From IMG/VR virus record IMGVR_UViG_3300027754_000037: a stretch of DNA of 64,000 nt; one strand, 5' to 3'. The notes below the pieces were generated by a model. The model had not been told where the DNA came from and made no database searches. It saw nothing but the letters and a program-made list of their open reading frames with translations. Position 1 is the stretch's first letter. Every line of letters begins with the position of its first letter. The translations under genes and the position numbers were made by a program. Below are positions 8,615-18,133 of the stretch, one piece after another. The DNA is from a virus. Lineage: Duplodnaviria; Caudoviricetes.

Positions 8615-9659
8615 ATCCGAAAAAATCACCAACTGTGCCGTGTGGGCCTGAATAGTCCAACGGACTTTGGTTTTTTTTGATGTAATAATGCAGCATAACT
8701 GCTGAGTTCTTTTGTAAAAACTCGTTCCAGTCGTTGTAGCCTTTTGGTGGCACAACATACATCAATTTTTCGCCTGTCTTTTTACTTGTCTCTAGCGCAG
8801 CAATCATACTGCTCATTTTTGTGGTTCCGGCTTTTCCAGCCTTATCTCTGTCAAGACAAATGCATATTCTATAATCCGACAACAGAATGGCCTGTTTTTC
8901 ACCCATGTTTTTGCCACCGCAGGCAGCAGCATTCAGTTCCGCCTGCTTAAGACTCATGGCGTTGAACTCGCCTTCACAAACATAAACCAAGTCGCCTGAA
9001 TCTGGCCATCTTCCAGCCATAAAAATCACATCTTCTTTTCCAACGCCAACTTCTTTTTCTGGACCTCGGTACTTCATTTTGCTCTGACCAAGAGCTCTAC
9101 CATTGAAATAAATTAATTTACCATGACGGTCATAGTAAGGAATGATGATTCTATTTTTATATTTCATCCCATCTGTGCAAATGTAAAGCCCATCTATCGG
9201 AATCTTTCTTTCATTAAGGTATAATTCAGCCCTCTTTCTCCACCAGTTATTTGTGCCTAAATCCGAAATTAAAAGACAATCAGCAGGCAAACTTAAATCA
9301 GACTTGGGCTGCTCAACCACAACCTCTTCGTCTTGGGCTGCAAATATTTTCTCAAGCTGTCTTTCCAATTCACGAATGCTTGTATGCCCTTGCAACTTGG
9401 CAAGGGCATCATCACGGGAACAAAAATCCACCAGCATAATCAATTTGACAAGTGAGCCTTTTTTGTCTGTTTTCCAACAATGATATGTGCCAAATTTTCT
9501 TTGCTTTTTCCCCCCGGATGGATTGCACCACAGGTGAAAACCATTATCATCAGGCTCAAATATGCTATTTATTTTAACTTCTTTGCCAGCAACAACTACA
9601 TTGTCATCACCAAAACGGCCTTTTGCCCACTTTACAAAATTTTTGAACGAAACTGCCAT
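8595..9659 (-). CDS. DNA primase, DnaG/T4 gp61-like (Toprim)
   Basis: YHCWK zinc-binding remnant, RIIIPYYD...YFNGR, KY.GP, YVCEGEFNA, CLDRDKAG. Confidence 0.85.
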   Translation of the reverse strand: MAVSFKNFVKWAKGRFGDDNVVVAGKEVKINSIFEPDDNGFHLWCNPSGGKKQRKFGTYHCWKTDKKGSLVKLIMLVDFCSRDDALAKLQGHTSIRELERQLEKIFAAQDEEVVVEQPKSDLSLPADCLLISDLGTNNWWRKRAELYLNERKIPIDGLYICTDGMKYKNRIIIPYYDRHGKLIYFNGRALGQSKMKYRGPEKEVGVGKEDVIFMAGRWPDSGDLVYVCEGEFNAMSLKQAELNAAACGGKNMGEKQAILLSDYRICICLDRDKAGKAGTTKMSSMIAALETSKKTGEKLMYVVPPKGYNDWNEFLQKNSAVMLHYYIKKNQSPLDYSGPHGTVGDFFGFSDIWR

Positions 9660-9718
9660 TTCGTAATACCTTTTGTTAAATAAACTCTTTAGAATAGCAT
9701 AACATAATTTGGTGAAAA

Positions 9719-10495
9719 ATGGAACAAGACAGACTTATTTGCGAACACATATCTGTTTCCAGAAAGCAGACATGGAACGAATGTCAACAAAAGTATAAAT
9801 TTAGATATCATTTAAAAATGATTCCAGAAGGTCCTGAACAACCCTACTTCACCTACGGAAAAGTTGTTCATAAAATAGCAGAAGTTTTTGTGCAGGAACA
9901 AGGTCAAAGAACAATTGATGAAATCGCATCAGATGTGCTTGCCGGAAGAATTGAATATCAAGAAGGTATTGGCAAACCAAGTCTTGGTCGTGAATACATG
10001 AGTAAATTGCCTAGCCACATCAGAAACATCAAAGAAATTACTGAAAAAATCGGTTTCGATGGAGAAACAGAATGGCAATTCAAGTTTGACTTACAACCTC
10101 CTGACAACCATATTATCACAGGTTTCATAGACCGTTTGATTGTTCGGGGCGAAAAATATTTCATTCTCGACTACAAAACCACCAAAAAAGGCGGATGGCG
10201 AAAAAACGCCAACACCATCAAGAAAGACCTGCAACTCAGGTGTTATGCAAGGGTTGTACAAAAAAAATTCGGTGCTAAAGCAGAAAATATCAACTGCGCC
10301 CTGTATTATCTTGAAGGTGGTGATCTTGTAAGTGCGAAGTTTTCAGAAGAATCCTTAATTGCAGCAGAGCAAGAAATGCACGATACCTATAAGCACATCA
10401 TTTCCACGCATCCAGATGATGTTTACGGCATGGTTGGCAATCATTGCCACCGATGTGACTATATGCAAGTTTGTCCATCACGCAAGCTTATTTGA
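9719..10495 (+). CDS. PD-(D/E)XK exonuclease (RecB/AddB/Cas4-like)
   Basis: SVS...ECQQKY, GKVVH, GFIDRL, ILDYKT, QLRCY, C-terminal CHRCDY..VC (four Cys, possible Fe-S). Confidence 0.85.
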   Translation: MEQDRLICEHISVSRKQTWNECQQKYKFRYHLKMIPEGPEQPYFTYGKVVHKIAEVFVQEQGQRTIDEIASDVLAGRIEYQEGIGKPSLGREYMSKLPSHIRNIKEITEKIGFDGETEWQFKFDLQPPDNHIITGFIDRLIVRGEKYFILDYKTTKKGGWRKNANTIKKDLQLRCYARVVQKKFGAKAENINCALYYLEGGDLVSAKFSEESLIAAEQEMHDTYKHIISTHPDDVYGMVGNHCHRCDYMQVCPSRKLI

Positions 10496-11384
10496 TAGGA
10501 AATAAAATCAAACCCTGAGTAGGCAAATCTGTTCCTCTGTTGATAATCGGCAGTTTATCTGCAATTCCAATCAACACCTTTTGCTCTAACAAAAAGACAT
10601 AGTCTTTTTGTTTCTTCCAGAAACTGTGAATTGCAAATAGAGGTGTGAAAAATCCCTTACCAGTACCATCACGATATTGAGTTCCCCAACAAGTACCGAT
10701 ATACTGACCTTCGTCGTTCATCAAACCGCCACCAGACCTGCCGGGACGAGGGCTATTCTTGATGGTGACCAAATCATTACCAATGATACCAACCATTTCG
10801 ATGTCATAGTGAGCGACTTCAGAACCGGCATCACATCCGCATGAATGAGAGTGCTGTCTACGCACATACTCATAATTTTCAGGACCAATAGGAAAACAAT
10901 TTGGAACCCAATCTGGAGTGAATGTCACGAGCCCAGTATCTTCCTCTGCCCCTTCAATAAACCTGTAGAATATGACATTTGCATCGTAACTTCTTGGAGC
11001 ATCAAGTTTTAGGTCATTGTGATACCAAACAATTATCTTACATTTCAATTTCTTTTTTTTACCCTCTTCTGCGGTCATCACACCATTCCAAAGGTGGCCA
11101 CAAGTTGCAACATACGCAAGATTCTTCTTTGCATCGTAGTGGACTATGGTTCCAGAGCCTGAACCAGCAGCTACTGCTATTTTGACCGAAGGGGCGAGGA
11201 ATTTCCGAAACTCTATGCCACGCTTGGCTATAGGTGCGGGACTTTCGTTGCCGACTGGAATACTCTCCAGAATCGGCATGTTGTCTAGCGGGTCTTTGTC
11301 CAAAAACTTCAAAGTGTTCTGAGAATTCAAGTTTCCTGTCAGGCACAGGCAGGCAAAAAGACTGTAAATAAGTTTTTTTAACAT
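10488..11384 (-). CDS. Exported trypsin-like (S1) serine protease
   Basis: N-terminal hydrophobic signal; ATCGH (His), EDTGL (Asp), GRSGGGL (Ser). Confidence 0.85.
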   Translation of the reverse strand: MLKKLIYSLFACLCLTGNLNSQNTLKFLDKDPLDNMPILESIPVGNESPAPIAKRGIEFRKFLAPSVKIAVAAGSGSGTIVHYDAKKNLAYVATCGHLWNGVMTAEEGKKKKLKCKIIVWYHNDLKLDAPRSYDANVIFYRFIEGAEEDTGLVTFTPDWVPNCFPIGPENYEYVRRQHSHSCGCDAGSEVAHYDIEMVGIIGNDLVTIKNSPRPGRSGGGLMNDEGQYIGTCWGTQYRDGTGKGFFTPLFAIHSFWKKQKDYVFLLEQKVLIGIADKLPIINRGTDLPTQGLILFPIK

Positions 11385-11415
11385 ATAAGCCCCAAAAATT
11401 AACTATAATTTATGT

Positions 11416-11883
11416 ATGTCTAAGGAAAAAAGAATCATGCCCACACTCACGGTTTGTCACTATTTGTATTTGACTCGTGAACAAAGATATGCGCTGCATG
11501 AAGGGCAGGAGCTTGAAGTCACAGGCATCACAGTTCCTGTCTGGTTTCATAAAGGAAACACCTCAGAACCCGCTCAGGAAATTTTCTGCAAATACAAGCT
11601 CACAAATGACAGACAAGGCACACGAGTTCTCAATAATGCCGAAGGCTATGAAATCAATATGCCTTCAGTAGAAGTTAAAAGCGAAGATATTGATTCTGAA
11701 CTAATTAAAAGCGTTCAAAACAAGCTAGGAACAACCGAAAGGCTGCTGGACCAAGAGGATGGTGGACTGGAATGGTGTGAATTTAAATTTTTTCAAAAAA
11801 TGCAAATCGAAAACAAACAATACTATAACATTCATTTCGTAGAAATTAAACCCTTGCAGATTTTAACCGACACTCTCGGTTAA
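11416..11883 (+). CDS. Hypothetical protein
   Basis: 155-aa ORF filling the space between divergent and convergent neighbours. Confidence 0.65.
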   Translation: MSKEKRIMPTLTVCHYLYLTREQRYALHEGQELEVTGITVPVWFHKGNTSEPAQEIFCKYKLTNDRQGTRVLNNAEGYEINMPSVEVKSEDIDSELIKSVQNKLGTTERLLDQEDGGLEWCEFKFFQKMQIENKQYYNIHFVEIKPLQILTDTLG

Positions 11884-12401
11884 ACATCGTGTAACTGGAC
11901 TGACATCTTCACATTGATGGAATCTCCGCTGACCAAGCTCAGCGCCTGCGTCAAAGGAACAGATGCAATAAGAATACCAGAACCCGCAACAGAACTGGTA
12001 CACATGAAAAGATTTAAAACCGTCAATCCAAAGTTGCCTGTCGCCGTAAATGTGATGACTTGACTATTCGCACGATAAATGGATGGGGAAGTGCCAGTAG
12101 TTTCAAAAACAAAACCGTTCTCAGAACTTACGGCCTGCCTTGCATAACCACCAGAGTTGGGTTCCTGACCACTTAAACTATTGACAGTATCAGCATAGGC
12201 TAAAGTGGACCTACCATCCAAGCCGAAATAGTAACTTCCGGGGGGAGTATCCAGCGTTCCTTTGGCAAAAGCGCATTTCAGAATAAACTGTTCACCTAAT
12301 GTGTGAAGCATATTGGTGAGATTCTCTGCTTTCCAAATCACCTCGCCGTTACGAACATGATTTACTTCCAAGATTTTTAGAATGCCGTGCCAGTCGCTCA
12401 T
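11880..12401 (-). CDS. Putative tail/baseplate-associated structural protein
   Basis: N....G...IL..F...YxGL...GGYARQAV...ITFTA..FG....F......G.L pattern typical of small phage tail proteins. Confidence 0.55.
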   Translation of the reverse strand: MSDWHGILKILEVNHVRNGEVIWKAENLTNMLHTLGEQFILKCAFAKGTLDTPPGSYYFGLDGRSTLAYADTVNSLSGQEPNSGGYARQAVSSENGFVFETTGTSPSIYRANSQVITFTATGNFGLTVLNLFMCTSSVAGSGILIASVPLTQALSLVSGDSINVKMSVQLHDV

Positions 12402-12928
12402 GTTTTCCCCAGCTTATATTTGTTTTTTTGTCCTGTTTTAATGGAGTATACCAGCGCATCAATTGGAAATTTGCGCCCACAAAATTGCTGATTTTCCACA
12501 AATTCTTTACCGCAACCTTTTTTCAAATAAGCAATTGTGATATGAGGAATATACTTTGGAAAATCTGGTTTATTTATGATATTTTTAAAAAGTTGTTTAT
12601 TCAAATTAAGAATTTCATCATCAACAACCTCTATCATCAATACATCAAATTTTGAATTCTGAGTAAATAATTTTATTTTACCAAGTTGACAGGATGTATT
12701 TTTACAACTCGATATCGTTTCCGATACATTTTTTTCAGTATCTTCTATGCAACCCAAAACTGTTAAATGCACATATTCTTCACGACCAAATGAATGGTCT
12801 TCAGAATCGTAGTAAATATCACTTTCCTGCACATAGTCATAACACCATGATATTATGTCATCTGCAAGTGTTTCTGACACTTCTGCTATGATGTAAGATT
12901 TTTCAAATATTGGCTTACCCGAACACAT
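12398..12928 (-). CDS. 2H phosphoesterase, Acb1/T4 57B-like
   Basis: Two HxT motifs (GREEYVHLTV, YIPHITIAY); likely start 12928 within track ORF 12398..12991. Confidence 0.8.
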   Translation of the reverse strand: MCSGKPIFEKSYIIAEVSETLADDIISWCYDYVQESDIYYDSEDHSFGREEYVHLTVLGCIEDTEKNVSETISSCKNTSCQLGKIKLFTQNSKFDVLMIEVVDDEILNLNKQLFKNIINKPDFPKYIPHITIAYLKKGCGKEFVENQQFCGRKFPIDALVYSIKTGQKNKYKLGKT

Positions 12929-13244
12929 TTTGCATCTCTTGGTTATCAGGCAAATCAAAACTCTGTGACTTTTTCTTCTGAATATCTTCAAGTTTGCGCT
13001 TTTCGTTCATGAGCTCATTTTCGATATTCTGTAATACATTTACAGAGCTTTGCGAAGATACAAGCTTGTTTTCTTTTCTCTCCAGCCTTTGCTTTTGCCT
13101 GCTGCCTCTCTTGCTCTCCACATTTTCGACAACCTGCAAAGCCTTGCTCAATAAACCTCTGACTTCTTGCAAAGCAAAATCTTCAGGGATGTTTTTTAAG
13201 GCTTGTAAAATACAAATTTTTAATCCAGCCGTGTTATTTTTCAT
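12915..13244 (-). CDS. Hypothetical coiled-coil protein
   Basis: Likely start MKNNTAG with AAGG SD. Confidence 0.65.
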   Translation of the reverse strand: MKNNTAGLKICILQALKNIPEDFALQEVRGLLSKALQVVENVESKRGSRQKQRLERKENKLVSSQSSVNVLQNIENELMNEKRKLEDIQKKKSQSFDLPDNQEMQNVFG

Positions 13245-14214
13245 TTTGCCCTTTCTTAACCAGTTCAAGCCAACGAACTGGTGCATCTTCTACTAAATGA
13301 TAACTCAACATATCGCCTTCGTGTAACGAACTGATGAGATACTCCTTAGGCAATTTAACACGCCAATAGTCAATATTTTCATCAATAATCATATTGGTCA
13401 GAGTAGTTCCTTCTGGGAGCATGGTTTTATATCCCAAAGCTATTTCCTTCTTTTTTTGCTCAAACAATCTTCTCTTTGCAGTAGGTTGAGGCATGTACAA
13501 AGAAATAATTTGTTTATAGTTTGGATTTTCCTGCAATTTTTTCATCAAAATTTGGTACTGAGTGCTGACTCTATCGGGTAAATTATTGCTTACAAAATTC
13601 TCAGCTTTAAATCCTTGATGCGTATGAGTTAATGTAAAAAGGGCAGGATAAATTCCATTAATTTTGACCAACATGGAATCTACAATCAAGCCATCCTCTG
13701 GCAGAATTGCTTCTAACTCAATTGAATTGCTTAATTCCAATTGCTCGGTAATCATTTCGAGCTTTGCCACAACCTGATTAAAAAGAATATTGCATTCTGT
13801 AACAAGACTGTTTACCACTATATCGACATCTATAGGACCAAAACTTTCTCCGAGATGTTTGGCTTCAAAGTTTTGAATCAACTCTTCAACTACAGCTAAA
13901 TTTGCTGAATTTATTCCATGAATTTTGACCCATGATCTACAACGAGTCATATTCTTCTCTAAACTGTTTATGCTTCCAGATTTAGCAGCTATGCAAAATG
14001 CTTCTATATACGGATAGGCAATTGATTCAAGGTTTTTCTTGATTTTATTTACATCGAGAATATTTTTGACCATATCCGTTGCATCTTGGTTCTTAAGAAT
14101 CAAGGACGAAAAGTTTGCCAAAATGTTTTCTCGATAATTTTGACAACAGCATCTTATTTTGCACCGAGATTCTTGTTTTTCACGAAGGAAATCTGCAAGT
14201 TTTTTTATTGGCAT
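13234..14214 (-). CDS. Hypothetical protein
   Basis: Likely start MPIKKLADFL; follows terminase on the same strand. Confidence 0.65.
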   Translation of the reverse strand: MPIKKLADFLREKQESRCKIRCCCQNYRENILANFSSLILKNQDATDMVKNILDVNKIKKNLESIAYPYIEAFCIAAKSGSINSLEKNMTRCRSWVKIHGINSANLAVVEELIQNFEAKHLGESFGPIDVDIVVNSLVTECNILFNQVVAKLEMITEQLELSNSIELEAILPEDGLIVDSMLVKINGIYPALFTLTHTHQGFKAENFVSNNLPDRVSTQYQILMKKLQENPNYKQIISLYMPQPTAKRRLFEQKKKEIALGYKTMLPEGTTLTNMIIDENIDYWRVKLPKEYLISSLHEGDMLSYHLVEDAPVRWLELVKKGQNEK

Positions 14215-14215
14215 T

Positions 14216-16066
14216 TTACCACCCGAACTCTTTGAGTATTTTATGAGCACGCCTCTGTTGAGTCATAACGACCCCAGACATATAGTTTTCATTATCTGGT
14301 GCTAAAATATCTAACTCGCTATCCATTAAAATTTCCTCTGGCCTACCTTCAAGCAATTCTCTTTTTATATCTTCATACACCTGAGCTTTGACTATCGGCA
14401 TAGGCAATGTAGCTTGACCTCCCACGGGCAAATCTCTCAACATAGAATCACGAACAAACAATCCAATGCACATCGCCATGATAGCATCATCGTGCTTGCC
14501 CTTTTGTGCCTGAGCTTTTCTTGCAACCTTATTGAATTCAAAGGTTTGCAACTCGGTCACAAATCTCATGCTATTGATGCGAAGAGTGCCATTCAAAAGT
14601 CTGCTTTGCAAACTTTCCAAATACAAAGAGCGATTTACCTGACCAATTTTTACTCCGGGTTTAGCATTTGCTTTATTTGATTCAAAATAAAGATTGTCAT
14701 ATTGTAAGCTATGCTGCAAAGCACTTAGGACTGCACCTCCGGGACCCATATTCTCTACAACAACTAGAGAATTGTAGTAGTAAATTGCAACTTCTTTTAC
14801 TACCTGAGCAAATTCATAAGGCACAATTATATTGCTGTAAAATTCAGCAACCTGCTCTAGAGTTGCCGTATCAACTATGTGAAATACGCTGCTATCATTA
14901 TTTTCGCCCTGACCTTCAGCGCAGTCGGCACTCAAGATATATTCGTGTCCATCAACTGGTTCTTTCCAAACCCACAAAGCGCCTTTATTTAAATCATCGT
15001 CCAACTGTGAAATACGACCTATTGGATTGCTCCATTTGGCAAACATCTTTCTGCTGGGATTATTGCTCCTACATTGTTCAGTCAAAGATGTGATTACACT
15101 TGTGGGAAAATATGTTTCACCCGAACCTTGAAACTCACGCAAAACCTCTTGACGAAAACCCTTCTCGCCAAGCTGCGCCTTTTGTTCTGCTACCCAATCT
15201 TCATCGTTGTAGTCTGGATGTTGCCAATAATCCAAATCAATAATATTGAAACGATTGTTGCCTTCTCTTGCATCGTGATATGTTTGTTCATACCAGTTTC
15301 CCAAACCATTGACCGTCGAAACCAAGGTGCAAGAACCACCTGTTGACAGGATAGGCCACATAGCCTTCCAATGCTTCTCCATGTCGTCGATGAACGCTGC
15401 TTCATCAACTATAAGAAATGTAACGGACTTACCACGAGCAGCTTCGGGTGAATAAAACTTGCAGACAGAACCAGTATCCGTAAACATTTTCAAGTGGTCG
15501 TTCCACTTGGCATCTTTTCTAGGCTTCAGCCATTCGGGCATGTTTTCACATGATCTGTCAACCATCATGCCAATATCTGTAGCTTCACGGTCGGTCTTTG
15601 AGATCAACATGATCTGCTGATCTAACTGAAACATGCAACGCCACAAACCCCACAACAAAGTAACTGTTGTCAGACCTCCCTGCCGGAATTTAGAAATGAT
15701 GTTGAACCTATTTTTCTCATAATCATGAATGGTTTTTTTCTGATATTTGAATAAAATAAATGGAATCAAACCCCGCATGGGATGCAAAATCTTGACATAC
15801 TTATGACAAAAATATGAAAAACTTTCAGTACACTTGATGATTTCCTTTTTTCTGCGTGCTGTATCATAATTTTCAACGGCATCCATCGGCTCATCTGGAT
15901 CGATTTCAAGCTCACATTTGTTGAATTCGTAGTATCGTGGATCAAATTCATAACGACCAGTATTTGGGTACATGTTTCCACCCAACTGGTAATATTCTTT
16001 CAAAGATTTGAAATTGCCACGCCAAACTGATTCCTTGACGCTTTTAAAAAATGTTGGCTGATCCAC
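14216..16066 (-). CDS. terL: Terminase large subunit, T4 gp17-like
   Basis: PFILFKYQ, KFRQGGLTT (Walker A), LIVDEAAF (Walker B), STVNG, ADCAEG, HDDAIMA nuclease motifs; no intein. Confidence 0.95.
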   Translation of the reverse strand: MDQPTFFKSVKESVWRGNFKSLKEYYQLGGNMYPNTGRYEFDPRYYEFNKCELEIDPDEPMDAVENYDTARRKKEIIKCTESFSYFCHKYVKILHPMRGLIPFILFKYQKKTIHDYEKNRFNIISKFRQGGLTTVTLLWGLWRCMFQLDQQIMLISKTDREATDIGMMVDRSCENMPEWLKPRKDAKWNDHLKMFTDTGSVCKFYSPEAARGKSVTFLIVDEAAFIDDMEKHWKAMWPILSTGGSCTLVSTVNGLGNWYEQTYHDAREGNNRFNIIDLDYWQHPDYNDEDWVAEQKAQLGEKGFRQEVLREFQGSGETYFPTSVITSLTEQCRSNNPSRKMFAKWSNPIGRISQLDDDLNKGALWVWKEPVDGHEYILSADCAEGQGENNDSSVFHIVDTATLEQVAEFYSNIIVPYEFAQVVKEVAIYYYNSLVVVENMGPGGAVLSALQHSLQYDNLYFESNKANAKPGVKIGQVNRSLYLESLQSRLLNGTLRINSMRFVTELQTFEFNKVARKAQAQKGKHDDAIMAMCIGLFVRDSMLRDLPVGGQATLPMPIVKAQVYEDIKRELLEGRPEEILMDSELDILAPDNENYMSGVVMTQQRRAHKILKEFGW

Positions 16067-16119
16067 GGTCCACCTTACTCTATATAAAGAGCCATCTTAT
16101 ATATCAAAACGGGAGCAAT

Positions 16120-17253
16120 ATGCGCAAATTACAGATAACCGCCCTTGTTTTAGCAATAGTATTTCTTGTTGTTTTACTAAGTAAACCAAGCAACAAGCAT
16201 GAGCCAGTCGAGCGGATTCAAAAGCCAGAAACCAAAAAAGAACTACCTCCAGAGGAGAAAAAGCCTCCAGTTGCCACCGTTGAGGAAGCTGTAAAAAAAA
16301 TTGAAAGACAACCTTTAAAAGAGAATGTTGAACTTCTAGCATCGGATAAATTTGAAGGCAGAATGTCTGGCAAGAATGGTAATAAGCTGGCAGCATCACA
16401 TGTCAAAAAGAATTTTGAATCAATAGGACTGCCCACAGAATATCACAAATTCCCAATTCGCAGAACTAACCCCGGACCCAATAACGAAGTTGGCGATGCG
16501 TTCTCACAAAATGTATATGCTTGGATCGAAGGAAATGATGAGAATCTAAAAGATGAAGTTGTGGTTGTTGGTGCGCACATGGATCACATCGGTTATGGAC
16601 CATCCATGAGCCGTTGGGGAGGAGGCAAAATACATCCCGGTGCCGACGACAACGCAACCGGAACAGCAGCACTCGTGGAAATTGCCCGTGCCTTCAAATA
16701 TCTTGAAGGACAAAACAAGAGAACTGTGGTTTTTATGGCTTTTTCTGGTGAAGAAATGGGCTTGTTAGGCAGTTATCACTATGTCAACAATCCCCTTTTC
16801 CCCAAGGGAAATCCAGATATTACTAAGCATGTATTTATGCTGAACATGGATATGATTGGATATTTAAATCAAGGTAAAACAGTTGCTTTTGAATCAAATG
16901 AAAGTTCACCGGATATCGGTTCAGCAATAAATGAATTGTCAAAAAAATATGCGTTTGCAAAAACCGTAACACTTAGAGGCGCAAGTGGAAGTGATCATGC
17001 GCCTTTCTATAATAAAAAAGTACCAGTAGCTTTCTTACACACAGGACTTCACCCTTACTACCACACTCCCAAAGATACACCGGATAAAATTAACTACGAA
17101 GGTCTTGAGAAAGTTGCAAAATATGGCTTTGAATTGGCTTGGAATGTTTCTAATGCCGATAAAAAACCAGCATTTGACTACGGTTCATTCAAAGAAATGG
17201 ACTACAGTCACGACCACGGCCAGAAAGACATGCAATTTGGAGATAAGCCATGA
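16120..17253 (+). CDS. Membrane-anchored M28 family aminopeptidase
   Basis: N-terminal TM; GAHMDH, GADDNATG, SGEEMGLLGS, NMDMIG, SDHAPF, YHTPKD. Confidence 0.92.
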   Translation: MRKLQITALVLAIVFLVVLLSKPSNKHEPVERIQKPETKKELPPEEKKPPVATVEEAVKKIERQPLKENVELLASDKFEGRMSGKNGNKLAASHVKKNFESIGLPTEYHKFPIRRTNPGPNNEVGDAFSQNVYAWIEGNDENLKDEVVVVGAHMDHIGYGPSMSRWGGGKIHPGADDNATGTAALVEIARAFKYLEGQNKRTVVFMAFSGEEMGLLGSYHYVNNPLFPKGNPDITKHVFMLNMDMIGYLNQGKTVAFESNESSPDIGSAINELSKKYAFAKTVTLRGASGSDHAPFYNKKVPVAFLHTGLHPYYHTPKDTPDKINYEGLEKVAKYGFELAWNVSNADKKPAFDYGSFKEMDYSHDHGQKDMQFGDKP

Positions 17254-17684
17254 ACCTTGAAACTATGCTCAAACTTATGAATGAAGACCTCCATCGTGAA
17301 TGGTCACACATGAGGTTTTACTTGTATCACGCCAGCAAGGTTGTGGGATTGCATTGCCATGAATACAAGGAACTTTTCCTTAAAGAATCGGCAAACGAAA
17401 TGGGCCATGTCACAGAATTTTCAGATATGATTGTCGGTTTAGGCGGTTCAATCGTTAATGGTTGGGGAGATGAGCAAATTCCTGACCTTGCTACTGCCAA
17501 AGATATTATTCAGCACGCTCTGAAGATGGAATCTGAAGTTGTTGACAATTATGTCAAAAGAATGGATCAGGCTGTTGAGTTGGGTGGCACGGATGGCACT
17601 TGGATTGAAATATTTTATGAAAAGCAGGTTGAACACAGCAGGGAAGATGTCGATCACTTCCGGCAAATATTGCGTGGCGTTTGA
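17250..17684 (+). CDS. Ferritin-like / bacterioferritin-like protein
   Basis: E(18)..FY..H, ESANEMGH, E.EVV..Y, EHSREDVDH di-iron pattern; ATGA coupling to M28 gene. Confidence 0.8.
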   Translation: MNLETMLKLMNEDLHREWSHMRFYLYHASKVVGLHCHEYKELFLKESANEMGHVTEFSDMIVGLGGSIVNGWGDEQIPDLATAKDIIQHALKMESEVVDNYVKRMDQAVELGGTDGTWIEIFYEKQVEHSREDVDHFRQILRGV

Positions 17685-17709
17685 CCTTATTCAGATACGA
17701 TCTTAAAAT
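17681..17709 (+). promoter_or_regulatory. Sigma70-type promoter TTGACC-N17-TAAAAT
   Basis: Near-consensus -35/-10 with 17-bp spacer upstream of 17746. Confidence 0.6.
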
Positions 17710-17745
17710 AACTTGTTCATTTAAATTAACAAGAAAGGATTGACT

Positions 17746-18048
17746 ATGAACCGTAAGATCGTTTCTAATTTGCCGGTTGCCCGTTTCTGGTACAAAGGCA
17801 CCCATACTCATCCTGTGCGTAGGACTGTGATCATCACGGCTCAAACCGATGAATCATTCACAGGTTATGAGTTGCGTGAGGGCAATGCTGTCCGTACAGA
17901 AAACACCGCTCCTCTAAAGACTTACTGCCGTAAGAAGATTGCCCGAACCCATAGCCTCAGACTCGACAATCCTCTTCGTAAAAGTAAGACTAACCGCAGC
18001 ACTCTTGTGAGGCGTTCCTATAACGACCTTACCAAGAGCGGAATCTAA
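17746..18048 (+). CDS. Small basic protein, possibly WYL/Sm-like
   Basis: RFWYKG...RRTV...GYELR...KTY..KKI resembles WYL layout; AAGGA SD. Confidence 0.5.
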   Translation: MNRKIVSNLPVARFWYKGTHTHPVRRTVIITAQTDESFTGYELREGNAVRTENTAPLKTYCRKKIARTHSLRLDNPLRKSKTNRSTLVRRSYNDLTKSGI

Positions 18049-18064
18049 GTCAATAAATTTGACA

Positions 18065-18110
18065 AAAAAGCCTATTCACACGCTACATAAAATGTGTGAA
18101 TAGGCTTTTT
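18065..18110. terminator. Bidirectional terminator-like hairpin
   Basis: Perfect 17-bp arms AAAAAGCCTATTCACAC / GTGTGAATAGGCTTTTT. Confidence 0.8.
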
Positions 18111-18133
18111 GCATTAAGAATGGAAGGCAAAAA

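Noticed and set aside
9719-10495. Cas4 / CRISPR adaptation gene
   Set aside because: Four-Cys PD-(D/E)XK fold is shared with AddB/RecB-type phage exonucleases; no cas1, cas2 or array; sits next to the primase
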